Origin: an uncultured Candidatus Competibacteraceae bacterium
GTDB taxonomy: Bacteria > Pseudomonadota > Gammaproteobacteria > Competibacterales > Competibacteraceae
Assembly: GCA_964597315.1 (NCBI GenBank)
Contig: CAZQXD010000018.1
Location: forward strand, 1,678 to 65,677
Direction of reading: 5' to 3'
Length of the DNA stretch: 64,000 nucleotides
Below, in pieces: positions 19,937 to 28,853 of the stretch. A program made the translations under genes and the position numbers. Each line of letters starts with the position of its first letter. Position 1 is the first letter of the stretch. The notes below the pieces were generated by a model. That model was not told where the DNA came from, searched no databases, and was given only the letters and a program-made list of their open reading frames with translations.

Positions 19937-22900
19937 GCGCCAAGATTGGCTCGCAGTAGCGGCTCCAGGGCCGCCGCCGGACTGGCTTGTCCAAACAAAA
20001 ACCCCTGACCTTCCCGGCAGCCCTCGGCACACAGGAAGCGGTGCTGTTCCTCGGTCTCCACCCCTTCGGCCACCACCCGCAGTCTAAGGGTGGTGGCCAT
20101 GGCGATAATGGCTTTGACGATGGCGGCATCGTCGGCTTCCCGAGGAATATCGCTGACAAACGAGCGGTCGATCTTCAGCCCGTCGATGGAGAACCGCTTA
20201 AGGAAGCTCAGGGAAGAATAACCGGTGCCGAAATCGTCAATGGTGACGCTCATGCCCAGACGACGGAACTCATCTAGCAACAGACGGGTGCTTTGGGGGG
20301 CATGAATCATCATGCTCTCGGTAATCTCCAGTTCCAGCATCGTTGGCTCCAGCCCGGTTTCTTCCAGAATGGCGGCAATCTCCCGGCCCAACTCCGGGCG
20401 GCGAAACTGCCGTGCCGACAAGTTCACGGCAATCCGGGGCAAGGGGATGCCGGCGTCGCGCCAGGCTTGGGCTTGCTGGCAGGCGGTCTTGAGCGCCCAA
20501 TCCGACAGGACACCGATCATTCCGGTTTCCTCGGCCAGGGGTATAAACCGACTGGGAGCGACTAGCCCCAGTTCGGGGTGATGCCAGCGCAGTAAGGCTT
20601 CCACGCCGCTGATCCGGCCACTGGCCAGATCCACCTGGGGTTGGTAGTACAGTTCAAACTCTTTTTTCTCCAGAGCCTGGCGCAGACTGTTGCTCATCAC
20701 CAAGGACTCAAAGGCTTGAGCATCCATTTCCGTCGAGAAGAACCGATGACCATTGCGCCCCTCCTGCTTGGTCTGGTACATGGCGGCATCGGCGTTTTTC
20801 AGCAGAGTTTGCACATCACGACCGTCTCGGGGGTAACAACTGATGCCGATGCTGGCGGAGATGTAGACCAGATGCCCAGCCAGTTGAAAAGGTTGGGACA
20901 GGGTGGTGATCAGTTTGTGGGCGATGGCGGCGCCGTCTTGGGGATCGTTGAGGCTGTCCAGCAGCAGGGTAAATTCATCACCCCCCAGACGCGCCAGAGT
21001 GTCGGTTTCCCGCACGCCCTCGGCCAGCCGCTCGGCCGCCGCCTGCAATAGCTGATCGCCGATGGCGTGGCCCAGGGAGTCATTGATGGTCTTGAACCGA
21101 TCCAGATCGATAAACAACAAACAGACCAAATAGCCATGGCGGTCGGCCCGGGCCAGAGCCTCTCGGCAGCGAATTTGAAACAGCGCCCGGTTGGGCAACT
21201 GGGTGAGGGGGTCATGGTAGGCCAGAAAATCCAGCCTCGCCTCGGCCTGCTTACGTTGTGAAATATCGGTGAATACGCCGACGTAATGGCTGGTCTGATT
21301 ATCCAAGTCCTTGACGGCGCTGATAGCCAGCCACTCCGGAAACACCTCGCCGTTTTTGCGCCGGTTCCAGATCTCTCCCTGCCAGTGGTCGGTATCGTTC
21401 AGGGTCTGCCATAGCCGGGTGAAGAATTCCTGGTCATGGCGCCCGGAGGCCAGAAAACTGGGGTCCCGGCCCAAGGTTTCCTGGGCGCTATAGCCGGTGA
21501 TGGCGGTGAACGCCTGGTTGACAGAGATGATACGCCGCTGGCGGGTGGTGATCATGACGCCGTCGGCGGTGCTTTCCAGGGCCTTGGCGGCCAGTTGCAA
21601 CTCGGCTTCGGCCTGTTTGCGCTCGGTGATATCGATATACGAAGCCACTTGACCGCCCACCGGCAGCGCGCTGCAACGAATCTCGATGATCCGGCCATTG
21701 GGGCGGACATGCTCCAGGTGTTTGCCGGCCTGGCTGCGCAGATAGCCTAGCCAGGCCCGTACCGCAGCTTCGGGGTCCCGGAGCGGTCCAAACTCACCGT
21801 TGCGGGCCGGGCCAACCAGCAGTTCGGCCAGGGGGCGGGGGTTGCTGCCGGGTGCGAAAGGCACTTCGAACAACTCCGCGAAACGGTGATTGTAGAGTAC
21901 CAGCCGCCCGTCCCGGTCGATCAAGGTGATGCCCTCGCCCATGTTATCCAAGGTGGCCTGAAGAAACGCGGATTTCTGGCGTAGGGCCTGATTGGCGGTG
22001 GTGATCTCGGCGGTCATGGCGTTGAACGAGTCGATGAGGCTGCGCAACTCTCTGGGCAGCAGCCGACTGGACTGGGGCCGTGGACCCGGGCGGCCGGAGG
22101 CCATGGCCCTGGCCGCCCGGGTCAGTTCCCCTACCGGGTGGGCCAACAGTCCCGCCAGCCACCAGCCCAGCACCACCGCGATCAGTATCCCCAGTATCAC
22201 GATCCCGGCGGTGATACCCAGTACCTCCCGGACCTGTTGCTTTAGTTCAGCCACCGGTTGGGGCACCATCACGCCCCAACCCACGCCGTCCACCGGGGCA
22301 AAGCCCGCCACCATGTCCATTTCCACGGCCGGGGAATAGAAAAATGCGACCCCCGATTCGCCCTTCAGCATCTGCTGGACCGGTTGCAAGGCCGATAAAT
22401 CCCGCATCCCGAGGCGCCATTCCTCCCGGGGGTGGGCCAGTACCCGCCCGTGCTGATCCACAATAGCGGCGTGGCCCTTATGGCCGAAAGTGATGGCTTG
22501 TTGCAGGGTCACCAGATAGCGGGTATCCAGGGCGCCTATGGCTAGCTGATTTTCCGCCACGGGCTTTACTAGGTAGACCGCGGGCTGACCACGGCTGTCG
22601 GGAAGAACGCCGGTAAACGTGACTCGGCCGGATTGAGCCACGGTGGCCAGTTCGGTCATCAGCCGTGGCGGTATCCGCCGAGGGGCACGCGAGGTCAGGC
22701 TGTCCACCCGCCGCAGCACGTTGCCGCTCGTGTCCACCAGGCACAGATGCAGAAAATGCAGGTCTTGTATCAGCCGGGCCAGGTTGGGATCGGCGTCGAC
22801 ATTCGAGGCAGAAGCGATGGCAAACTCGAAAACAGCTTTGACATCAGTTAAATAACGACCTATGGCGCGGGTCAGATTGTGGGCCATGATGAGATGTTTT

Positions 22901-23031
22901 TCCTTGACCGCCGCTTTTTCCTTTTCCAGGGCGGGCTGCTCCACCCAACTGATATGGAACAAGACGGGCGTCAAGGCCACCAGCACAAAGCCCAGAAACA
23001 ACAGATGATGAAGACGGATCGAGAAGGACAT
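19933..23031 (-). CDS. Membrane sensor with periplasmic domain-HAMP-PAS-PAS-GGDEF-EAL (c-di-GMP turnover)
   Basis: Two TM segments flank a periplasmic domain of about 270 aa. Motifs RLGGDEFTLLL (GGDEF), GVEALLRWHHPELG (EAL) and DDFGTGYSSL are intact. Start at MSFSIRLHHLLFLG (23031). Confidence 0.88.
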   Translation of the reverse strand: MSFSIRLHHLLFLGFVLVALTPVLFHISWVEQPALEKEKAAVKEKHLIMAHNLTRAIGRYLTDVKAVFEFAIASASNVDADPNLARLIQDLHFLHLCLVDTSGNVLRRVDSLTSRAPRRIPPRLMTELATVAQSGRVTFTGVLPDSRGQPAVYLVKPVAENQLAIGALDTRYLVTLQQAITFGHKGHAAIVDQHGRVLAHPREEWRLGMRDLSALQPVQQMLKGESGVAFFYSPAVEMDMVAGFAPVDGVGWGVMVPQPVAELKQQVREVLGITAGIVILGILIAVVLGWWLAGLLAHPVGELTRAARAMASGRPGPRPQSSRLLPRELRSLIDSFNAMTAEITTANQALRQKSAFLQATLDNMGEGITLIDRDGRLVLYNHRFAELFEVPFAPGSNPRPLAELLVGPARNGEFGPLRDPEAAVRAWLGYLRSQAGKHLEHVRPNGRIIEIRCSALPVGGQVASYIDITERKQAEAELQLAAKALESTADGVMITTRQRRIISVNQAFTAITGYSAQETLGRDPSFLASGRHDQEFFTRLWQTLNDTDHWQGEIWNRRKNGEVFPEWLAISAVKDLDNQTSHYVGVFTDISQRKQAEARLDFLAYHDPLTQLPNRALFQIRCREALARADRHGYLVCLLFIDLDRFKTINDSLGHAIGDQLLQAAAERLAEGVRETDTLARLGGDEFTLLLDSLNDPQDGAAIAHKLITTLSQPFQLAGHLVYISASIGISCYPRDGRDVQTLLKNADAAMYQTKQEGRNGHRFFSTEMDAQAFESLVMSNSLRQALEKKEFELYYQPQVDLASGRISGVEALLRWHHPELGLVAPSRFIPLAEETGMIGVLSDWALKTACQQAQAWRDAGIPLPRIAVNLSARQFRRPELGREIAAILEETGLEPTMLELEITESMMIHAPQSTRLLLDEFRRLGMSVTIDDFGTGYSSLSFLKRFSIDGLKIDRSFVSDIPREADDAAIVKAIIAMATTLRLRVVAEGVETEEQHRFLCAEGCREGQGFLFGQASPAAALEPLLRANLGA

Positions 23032-23259
23032 CGTGGCCCCGGCTGATTGGCATTGGCGTTGCTGTAGGCGGATACGCCTCACAAGCATGTATGGTCCGAA
23101 GGATCCTTGCCCGCACAAATATTCCGTCAGCGGCTCCGTATCGGCGGCCTAGGTCGCGCCGAGGGTTGGGAACGGTGCCTTAGAGTATAGAAACCGCCAA
23201 AAGCAGGCCACCTGTGTCAAATCCTATCATTTGTGTGATCAGGAATGTGTACTCTGAAG

Positions 23260-23484
23260 CTAGTGCAGTTCCCGCAGGCCATGGGGGGCGCTGATAAAGC
23301 CCTGCTCGATACTCTCTAGAAATAATTGCCAGTGGTCTTCCTGGGCCGGCTGGCCAATAATTTTGACGTGGCGGCGGCCAAGCCGATTTTCCGTGACCGA
23401 TACCGTGGCCCGCCGCAGCCAGTGTTCGCCGCCGTGCATGCCGCCATCATAACTGAATGAGTAATATTTAGTTTTCATCTTCAT
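23260..23484 (-). CDS. Small hypothetical protein (72-74 aa)
   Basis: GGAGG lies upstream of the tandem ATGs (MKMKTKYYSFSYDGGMHGGEHW...). It sits in a locally AT-richer patch. No recognisable motif. Confidence 0.35.
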   Translation of the reverse strand: MKMKTKYYSFSYDGGMHGGEHWLRRATVSVTENRLGRRHVKIIGQPAQEDHWQLFLESIEQGFISAPHGLRELH

Positions 23485-23835
23485 GCCTCCATTGGGTGGA
23501 CAGGACCCGGAGAACGCTGTTGGTGATGACCACCACGAAACGCCGTGGCAACCTTGATACTCTTTATCGCAATTCGCATTGCATTTTGCATCGGAAAATG
23601 CCGCGATGGTGTCGTGTGCGATTCACCGTTCTAGGTCTTGGTATAAGACAAAGCAATGATCATGCCGTTTTTGTGAAAGTCTCAAAAAAATATTTCCAGA
23701 CTGACGCTAAAGTCCTGAGACGGACCGCCGACATAGGGCTTGCTACCCGACGGGTGTGGTCCGCGACGGAGGAGGAAGTGGACCCATTGGCATCTTGGGC
23801 AACCCGCCGGGCAGTGTGTGACAGGCCAGTCTTTT

Positions 23836-23863
23836 ACCCGCCCCCCGCGGCGGGTTTTTTTTT
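23836..23863 (+). terminator. Strong Rho-independent terminator with no upstream plus-strand gene
   Basis: 7-bp stem acccgcc/ggcgggt with a 6-nt loop, followed by 9 T (23855-23863). It lies 45 nt upstream of the creA start. Confidence 0.8.
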
Positions 23864-23907
23864 GCCGCTATACTTGAGCGTATTCAATTTCATTGTGGAG
23901 GGCAGCC

Positions 23908-24390
23908 ATGGGTGGCAGGCGGCTGAGGGCTGTACTAGTGGGTTTGATGGCGGTACTCGCCTGTGAGGCCGAGGAAATTGGCAGCGTGGACACCAAGTTC
24001 AATCTCATTGGTCCTGATCATAAAATCGTCATCGACGCTTTTGACGACCCCAAGGTAGACGGGGTGACCTGCCATGTAAGCCGGGCCAGGACTGGGGGTG
24101 TCAAAGGCGCCTTAGGACTGGCGGAGGACACCTCCGATGCCTCCATCGCCTGCCGCCAAGTGGGGCCGATCCGCTTCAACGACAAACTCAAGGATGGGGA
24201 GCGGGTATTTCAGGAACGGCGTTCCCTGCTGTTCAAGACCCTTCAGGTGGTACGCTTTTATGACCGCCAACGCAACACCTTGGTCTATCTTAGCTACAGT
24301 GACAAGGTCATTGAGGGTTCTCCCAAAAACTCCATCTCTACCGTGCCCCTCATGCCCTGGCCCAAAGCGGACCCCCCCAGGCCAGATTGA
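23908..24390 (+). CDS. creA: CreA family protein
   Basis: ...[67 protein letters not shown]...[21 protein letters not shown]... matches CreA. GGAGG lies before the ATG at 23908. Confidence 0.85.
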   Translation: MGGRRLRAVLVGLMAVLACEAEEIGSVDTKFNLIGPDHKIVIDAFDDPKVDGVTCHVSRARTGGVKGALGLAEDTSDASIACRQVGPIRFNDKLKDGERVFQERRSLLFKTLQVVRFYDRQRNTLVYLSYSDKVIEGSPKNSISTVPLMPWPKADPPRPD

Positions 24391-24421
24391 CCCCCTGTCA
24401 AAATAATATGAGGACACGTTA

Positions 24422-24715
24422 ATGACCAAGCTACTGGACCTGGGGGTGACCCTGGCGATGATGATCCTGGCCTTGGGCGTGGTTGCTTATGCCCAGTGGG
24501 GCGCGGCCCGCTACACTCGCAGTAGCGCCCGAACCGTGCTGCTCAGTGTCGCGCAGATTGCCTTGGGCGTGGTGCTGGGTTGGCTGGCGGTGCGCTTTTC
24601 GAGTACAGACGGCGTTAGCGCCGTTTTTGCTTTCGTTTTGGCCTTCAGTCTGGCCCATCTGCCGGGCGCCTTGGTGGTGCTGGTCCGTCATGGGTTGGGC
24701 TGGTTGCGGGGCTAA
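24422..24715 (+). CDS. Small integral membrane protein (3 predicted TM helices)
   Basis: Hydrophobic segments LGVTLAMMILALGVVAY, LLSVAQIALGVVLGWLAV and VFAFVLAFSLAHLPGALVVLV. No family recognised. Confidence 0.5.
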   Translation: MTKLLDLGVTLAMMILALGVVAYAQWGAARYTRSSARTVLLSVAQIALGVVLGWLAVRFSSTDGVSAVFAFVLAFSLAHLPGALVVLVRHGLGWLRG

Positions 24716-24769
24716 GGCCCGCTACCGTTCAATAGCTCCGAGTCACATAAACGGCGAACGGCCTAGGCC

Positions 24770-26236
24770 TTAAGCCGCTGTCACTTCAAACAGTCCGTAG
24801 CCATGGCCCGGCAGTTCCAGGTTCAGCTCCTCGGTCGGCGCCTCCAAGGATGGACAGTCGTTCCCCAGCAGCTCCCGCGCCTGCCAGCGTCCCTCCGAGG
24901 CATCCGGGTCCGGGTTCAGCCGACAGCGGGCCGGTTGAGGGGACAGATTCACCACCACGAGTCGGCGTTCCTCTCCCAGGGTCCAGGTGTGGGCGATCAG
25001 ATCCCCATGACTGACATCCCCGGGCCGGGCCTGCTGGGCGTCCAGCAGCCGCCAGCGACCCCGATGGAATACCGGCTGGATCAGCTCCGCCAGCAGCCGC
25101 TGGTAGAACGTCTCCAGTGCCGGGTCCGTCGGTTCCGCCTGGCGGCGGGCCAATTGCACCGGCAGCCGCCGCCGCCAGCCCTGTAACTGACCTTCGTGGA
25201 CCAGCCGCAGGCCCGGCAGGGTAAGACTGAGCAAGGCGGCAGAGCGGTTGCGCTGGGGACCGAAGGCGGTGGCCGCCCGTTGCTCGTCGTGGTTCTCTAC
25301 GAAGCGGGCCAGGCGTCGTTGATAGCTCCAGTCCGCTAACAGGTGCAGTCGCACCGGGGTGGCGTTGCCCTCCCAAAGCCGGTCATACAGGCGCTTGTCG
25401 TAGGTATAGTCGAAGCCCATTTGCTGCAAGTCCCAGCCCATATCCCAATAGGCTTCCGCCAGCATCAGAAAACCCGGGAACCGGGCCTTGATGTCGGTGA
25501 TGGCGGCGGGCCAGAACTCCGCCCAGGGTGGGTCGAAGGCGCCGCCCCAGGTGCGTGAAAACACCTCCCGGTTGACCAGCATGGCCATATCGCAGCGCAG
25601 CCCATCGCAACGTTCGGCCACCGCCAGCAATTGGTCGGCCATGGCCCGGCGGCAGGCGGGGGGGCGAAAGTCTACTTGTACCGTGTCGGTCCAACCGGAA
25701 AAGTAGGGGTCCCGGCCATGGGCGAATACCCGTCCGCCCTGTTCAAAGTAATTGTGGGGCTGGCGGTCCAGGTATTCCCGCCCGCCCTGGACCAGGCGCT
25801 CCGGGTGGGTGCTCACCCAGGGGTGGTCTCGGGCCAGGTGATTGGGCACGAAATCCAGGATTAGTCGTAAACCCAGTGCCCGAAGCCGGCGGCGCAGGGT
25901 GGCCAGGGCGGTATCACCCCCCAGTTCCGGGTCCACCTGGTAGTCCAGCACCGCGTAGGGAGAGGCAATGGTGTCCGCGTCGGTATGGTCGGGTAGGGCC
26001 TCCCGGTAGCCCGGTTGCAGCTCCGGGTGGGTGCGGGCCACCTCCCTGGCTGCGGGGCTACGGCTCCACACCCCCATCAGCCAGACCCCGTCGAAACCTA
26101 GCCCGCCCAGTCGTTCCAACTCGACGTCGGGAATATCGGCCAGAGTCAGGGGACGGCCGACGGCCTGCTGCTGTTCGCGCAGCCAAACCCAGGTGTTGAT
26201 CTCATAGAGGGTAGGGTGAGGGGGCCAAATATCCAT
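24770..26236 (-). CDS. GH13 alpha-amylase-family glycoside hydrolase
   Basis: All four GH13 conserved regions are present: LILDFVPNH, DGLRCDMAMLV, LMLAEAYW and FVENHDE. Confidence 0.85.
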   Translation of the reverse strand: MDIWPPHPTLYEINTWVWLREQQQAVGRPLTLADIPDVELERLGGLGFDGVWLMGVWSRSPAAREVARTHPELQPGYREALPDHTDADTIASPYAVLDYQVDPELGGDTALATLRRRLRALGLRLILDFVPNHLARDHPWVSTHPERLVQGGREYLDRQPHNYFEQGGRVFAHGRDPYFSGWTDTVQVDFRPPACRRAMADQLLAVAERCDGLRCDMAMLVNREVFSRTWGGAFDPPWAEFWPAAITDIKARFPGFLMLAEAYWDMGWDLQQMGFDYTYDKRLYDRLWEGNATPVRLHLLADWSYQRRLARFVENHDEQRAATAFGPQRNRSAALLSLTLPGLRLVHEGQLQGWRRRLPVQLARRQAEPTDPALETFYQRLLAELIQPVFHRGRWRLLDAQQARPGDVSHGDLIAHTWTLGEERRLVVVNLSPQPARCRLNPDPDASEGRWQARELLGNDCPSLEAPTEELNLELPGHGYGLFEVTAA

Positions 26237-26238
26237 TA

Positions 26239-26448
26239 GCGTGTGTATGCCTCGGTGACGTAGCGCCGCAGCGCGCGGTGACTGTTAAACAGGACGGCGT
26301 TCTTGGTGATGGCGTGTGTCGCGCCGCAGGTCCCTGCCGTCTCCAAAAGACGCGGCGGAGCGTTCGAGACCCGGGCGGTGTTCATAGCATAGTCGGGAAT
26401 AAGGAGCATGGGCGGGATCTCCCTCAATGCATCCCAAATGCGCTGCAA
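26239..26448 (-). pseudogene. Decayed C-terminal remnant of an alpha-glucan (GlgP-type) phosphorylase
   Basis: The translation ...MLLIPDYAMNTARVSNAPPRLLETAGTCGATHAITKNAVLFNSHRALRRYVTEAYTR* parallels the phosphorylase C-terminus (...FLEDYDM.LAR....PRRPLEASGTSGMKA..NG.L ... F...RM..EY....Y). It has internal deletions and has lost the PLP lysine. Its TAA overlaps the GH13 ATG (TAATG). Confidence 0.45.
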
Positions 26449-26491
26449 TCCTACACACGCATTGACTCGCCGGACGCCCAGGGGCGTGGTC

Positions 26492-27949
26492 TCAAGCCCC
26501 CGCTGCCCCCTGGCGTCGCAGGGCGCGGCTGGCAAAGGCCGCCAGATCCCTGAATACCGGCTCCAGGGACGCTTCCCGCTGGGGTTCCGGTTGCGCCAGC
26601 AGGGTGTCGATGCGGGCTTCCAGGTCCTGGGCTTCCCCGGGTTCGCCATGGGGCGCCAGTTCCGCCAACAGCGTTCGATGCACCCCTCGGCGTTCCATGA
26701 CCTCCATGCCGTCCAGCATCTGGCGGTGGCTGGTCCCCTCCCAAATGGCCAGAATCATGGCTTCCCGCAACCAGCGTTCTGCGGGATACTCTCCCAGCAC
26801 GCCCTGCCCCCCGTGGACCTCCATGGCCCAACGGGCGGTATCCACAGCGAAATCGGCTGTCCAGTACTTGGCCAGATGGGCCAGCAGTCGGAAGCGGTGA
26901 TAGTCCTCTTGATAGGGGGGGTTCTGGCGCCACACTGTCTCCAGCCGATCTACCGCCGCCCAGGCCAGGGCGCTGGCGGCCTCCAGGTTGGCGGTCCGGT
27001 CGGCGAACTGGCGCGCCAGCAGGGGGTGTTCCAAGATCGGTCGGCCAAAGGCTACCCGCTCCCGGGCAAAGACCAGGGCTTCGGCCATGGCGCGCTGGGC
27101 CAGAGCCACGCTAGCCACAGCGTTGGCCACCCGAGACAGGTTCAGAACCTCCAGAATCATATACACGCCCCCCTGCTCCGGCCCCAGCCGGTAGGCTTCG
27201 GCATCCCGTAACTCCACCTCTCCGGTGGGCACCGAGCGAGTGGCGATCTTGTCTTTGAGTCGGCGCACCTGATAATTGAGTCGGCCCTCGCTGTCATGGC
27301 GGCCCAGTACGAACAAGGCCAAGCCCAGCACCCCGGATGGCGCTCCCTCGGGACGGGCCGCCACCACCGCCACCTCGGCGCCGACGTTGGAGCAAAAATA
27401 CTTGTCGCCGGTCAGCCGCCAACGCTCCCCATCCCGGCGAGCCACGGTGGACACATTGGCGCCTAAGTCAGAGCCGCCGCGAATCTCGGTCATCCAGGTG
27501 GCCCCCTGCCACACGGTCTCGTCGCGGCGCAGTAGCGGCTCCAGAAACCGCTGTCTAAAGTGGGCATCCCCGTATTTATCCAGGGGGGCGGCGGTGGACA
27601 GGCTGACCGTATAGGGGCAGTACAGGCCGGGGTCAAAGAAGGCCGTCACATAACCCAACCGGTAAGCGGCGGCCAAGGAGTCGCTAAAGGCCAGCCACAC
27701 CGCCCCGGCTCGATAGCCGGCCAGCAACAGCCGCTGATAGTCCGGGGGATAAAGTAACTCGTCCACCCGCCGCCCGCCTCGGTCATGGTGGCGCAGCCAG
27801 GGGGTGCCCAAGCGGTCCACCGCCTCCGAGATAGGCATGCCCTCCTCCCGCCACCAGCGGGCGTAGTCGTTCAGCCCGGCCTGGTCGGGCAAGGCGCTCA
27901 GCTGGGCATCCAGAAAGGCCACCGGGGAGGTCAGGATATCCAAATTCAT
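26492..27949 (-). CDS. Acyl-CoA dehydrogenase family protein (AidB-like)
   Basis: 485 aa. The middle and C-terminal ACAD-like regions (...GATWMTEIRGGSDLGAN...GDKYFCSN... and ...EVHGGQGVLGEYPAERWLREAMILAIWEGTS...) fit the family. Start at MNLDIL (27949). Confidence 0.78.
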   Translation of the reverse strand: MNLDILTSPVAFLDAQLSALPDQAGLNDYARWWREEGMPISEAVDRLGTPWLRHHDRGGRRVDELLYPPDYQRLLLAGYRAGAVWLAFSDSLAAAYRLGYVTAFFDPGLYCPYTVSLSTAAPLDKYGDAHFRQRFLEPLLRRDETVWQGATWMTEIRGGSDLGANVSTVARRDGERWRLTGDKYFCSNVGAEVAVVAARPEGAPSGVLGLALFVLGRHDSEGRLNYQVRRLKDKIATRSVPTGEVELRDAEAYRLGPEQGGVYMILEVLNLSRVANAVASVALAQRAMAEALVFARERVAFGRPILEHPLLARQFADRTANLEAASALAWAAVDRLETVWRQNPPYQEDYHRFRLLAHLAKYWTADFAVDTARWAMEVHGGQGVLGEYPAERWLREAMILAIWEGTSHRQMLDGMEVMERRGVHRTLLAELAPHGEPGEAQDLEARIDTLLAQPEPQREASLEPVFRDLAAFASRALRRQGAAGA

Positions 27950-28515
27950 GGCGCCGTCCCCTCGTCCAATTGCCCCAGACTGAAAAACACTCCCCCGCTC
28001 CACACCCCGTATTCGCGCCGACCGTTACTAAGGCGCTCATCCCCCCGTTCGATCAATTCCAGGTACACCGCCCGGGAGATCAAGGCCCACAGTTGGCCCC
28101 GCACCCGCACATAGGGGGATGGTTCGCCATTCTTGGCGAAGGTGACTTCGATGGGATGGTCGGGACCGGCGAGTACCCGGTCTCCCAGGTTGGTGGTAAA
28201 ACGCAGTCGTTGCTCCCGGCCCGTGCCCTCCACATCCAACAGCACCGCCAGAAACGGCGCGTCCTCCACCTGAATGCGCCATTTCTCCACGGGGGTCAGC
28301 AAATAATGGTGGCCATCCGGGTCCCGGCGCAGAATGGTAGAAAACAACCGCGCCAAAGATGCTCGGAGGATGGGCTGGCCTTCGTGGTACCAGGTGCCGT
28401 CCCGGGCGATACGCAAATCCATTTCCCCGGATAGAGGCGGGCGCCAAGACTCCACGGGGGGTAGGCTTTGGCCCTGGACTTGAGCGGCCAGGGTCGCCGG
28501 ATCGGGTTTCGCCAT
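27946..28515 (-). CDS. DUF1285 domain-containing protein
   Basis: ...DLRIARDGTWYHEGQPILRASLARLFSTILRRDPDGHHYLLTPVEKWRIQVEDAPFLAV... fits DUF1285. Its stop overlaps the ATG of the downstream ACAD gene (ATGA). Confidence 0.78.
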   Translation of the reverse strand: MAKPDPATLAAQVQGQSLPPVESWRPPLSGEMDLRIARDGTWYHEGQPILRASLARLFSTILRRDPDGHHYLLTPVEKWRIQVEDAPFLAVLLDVEGTGREQRLRFTTNLGDRVLAGPDHPIEVTFAKNGEPSPYVRVRGQLWALISRAVYLELIERGDERLSNGRREYGVWSGGVFFSLGQLDEGTAP

Positions 28516-28853
28516 GGGGTCTCCCGGGCAAATGAACTCGGTTAAAATAATAGGGTGATTTTTTGGGTCTTACAGGACTATAGCCCCACTGTAGGCGCAA
28601 CCAGGGCCTCGGGATAGCGGAATAGAGCGTTACAGAACACCGCTCAACAGGATAATCAATTATACAAAAAATTTGTCCTAAATAAGCTGGCCTCAATCCA
28701 CCAGGGCGGCGCCACGCCCAAACCTATACGCGGTAACGGCGTAGGCATCGCTCTTCGTGAGCGAGCCAAACCCCGGCTCTGTCAGAGGTCCGGCATCTGC
28801 GGACCCGGGGTGGCCGTAGGTTGTCTATAGTCGATAATCCATGGAGACCACCC

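Noticed and set aside
23635-23649. The palindrome GTCTTGGTATAAGAC, considered as a GacA/UvrY box for the candidate sRNA.
   Set aside because: Its half-sites (CTT...AAG) are in the opposite arrangement to the established TGTAAG-N6-CTTACA consensus. I keep it only as an unexplained dyad.
26236-26649. A 137-aa minus-strand ORF, considered as an intact gene.
   Set aside because: Its N-terminal half overlaps the acyl-CoA dehydrogenase 3' end and looks like noise. Only the C-terminal 70 aa or so resemble anything, namely a phosphorylase C-terminus. I report it as a pseudogene remnant instead.
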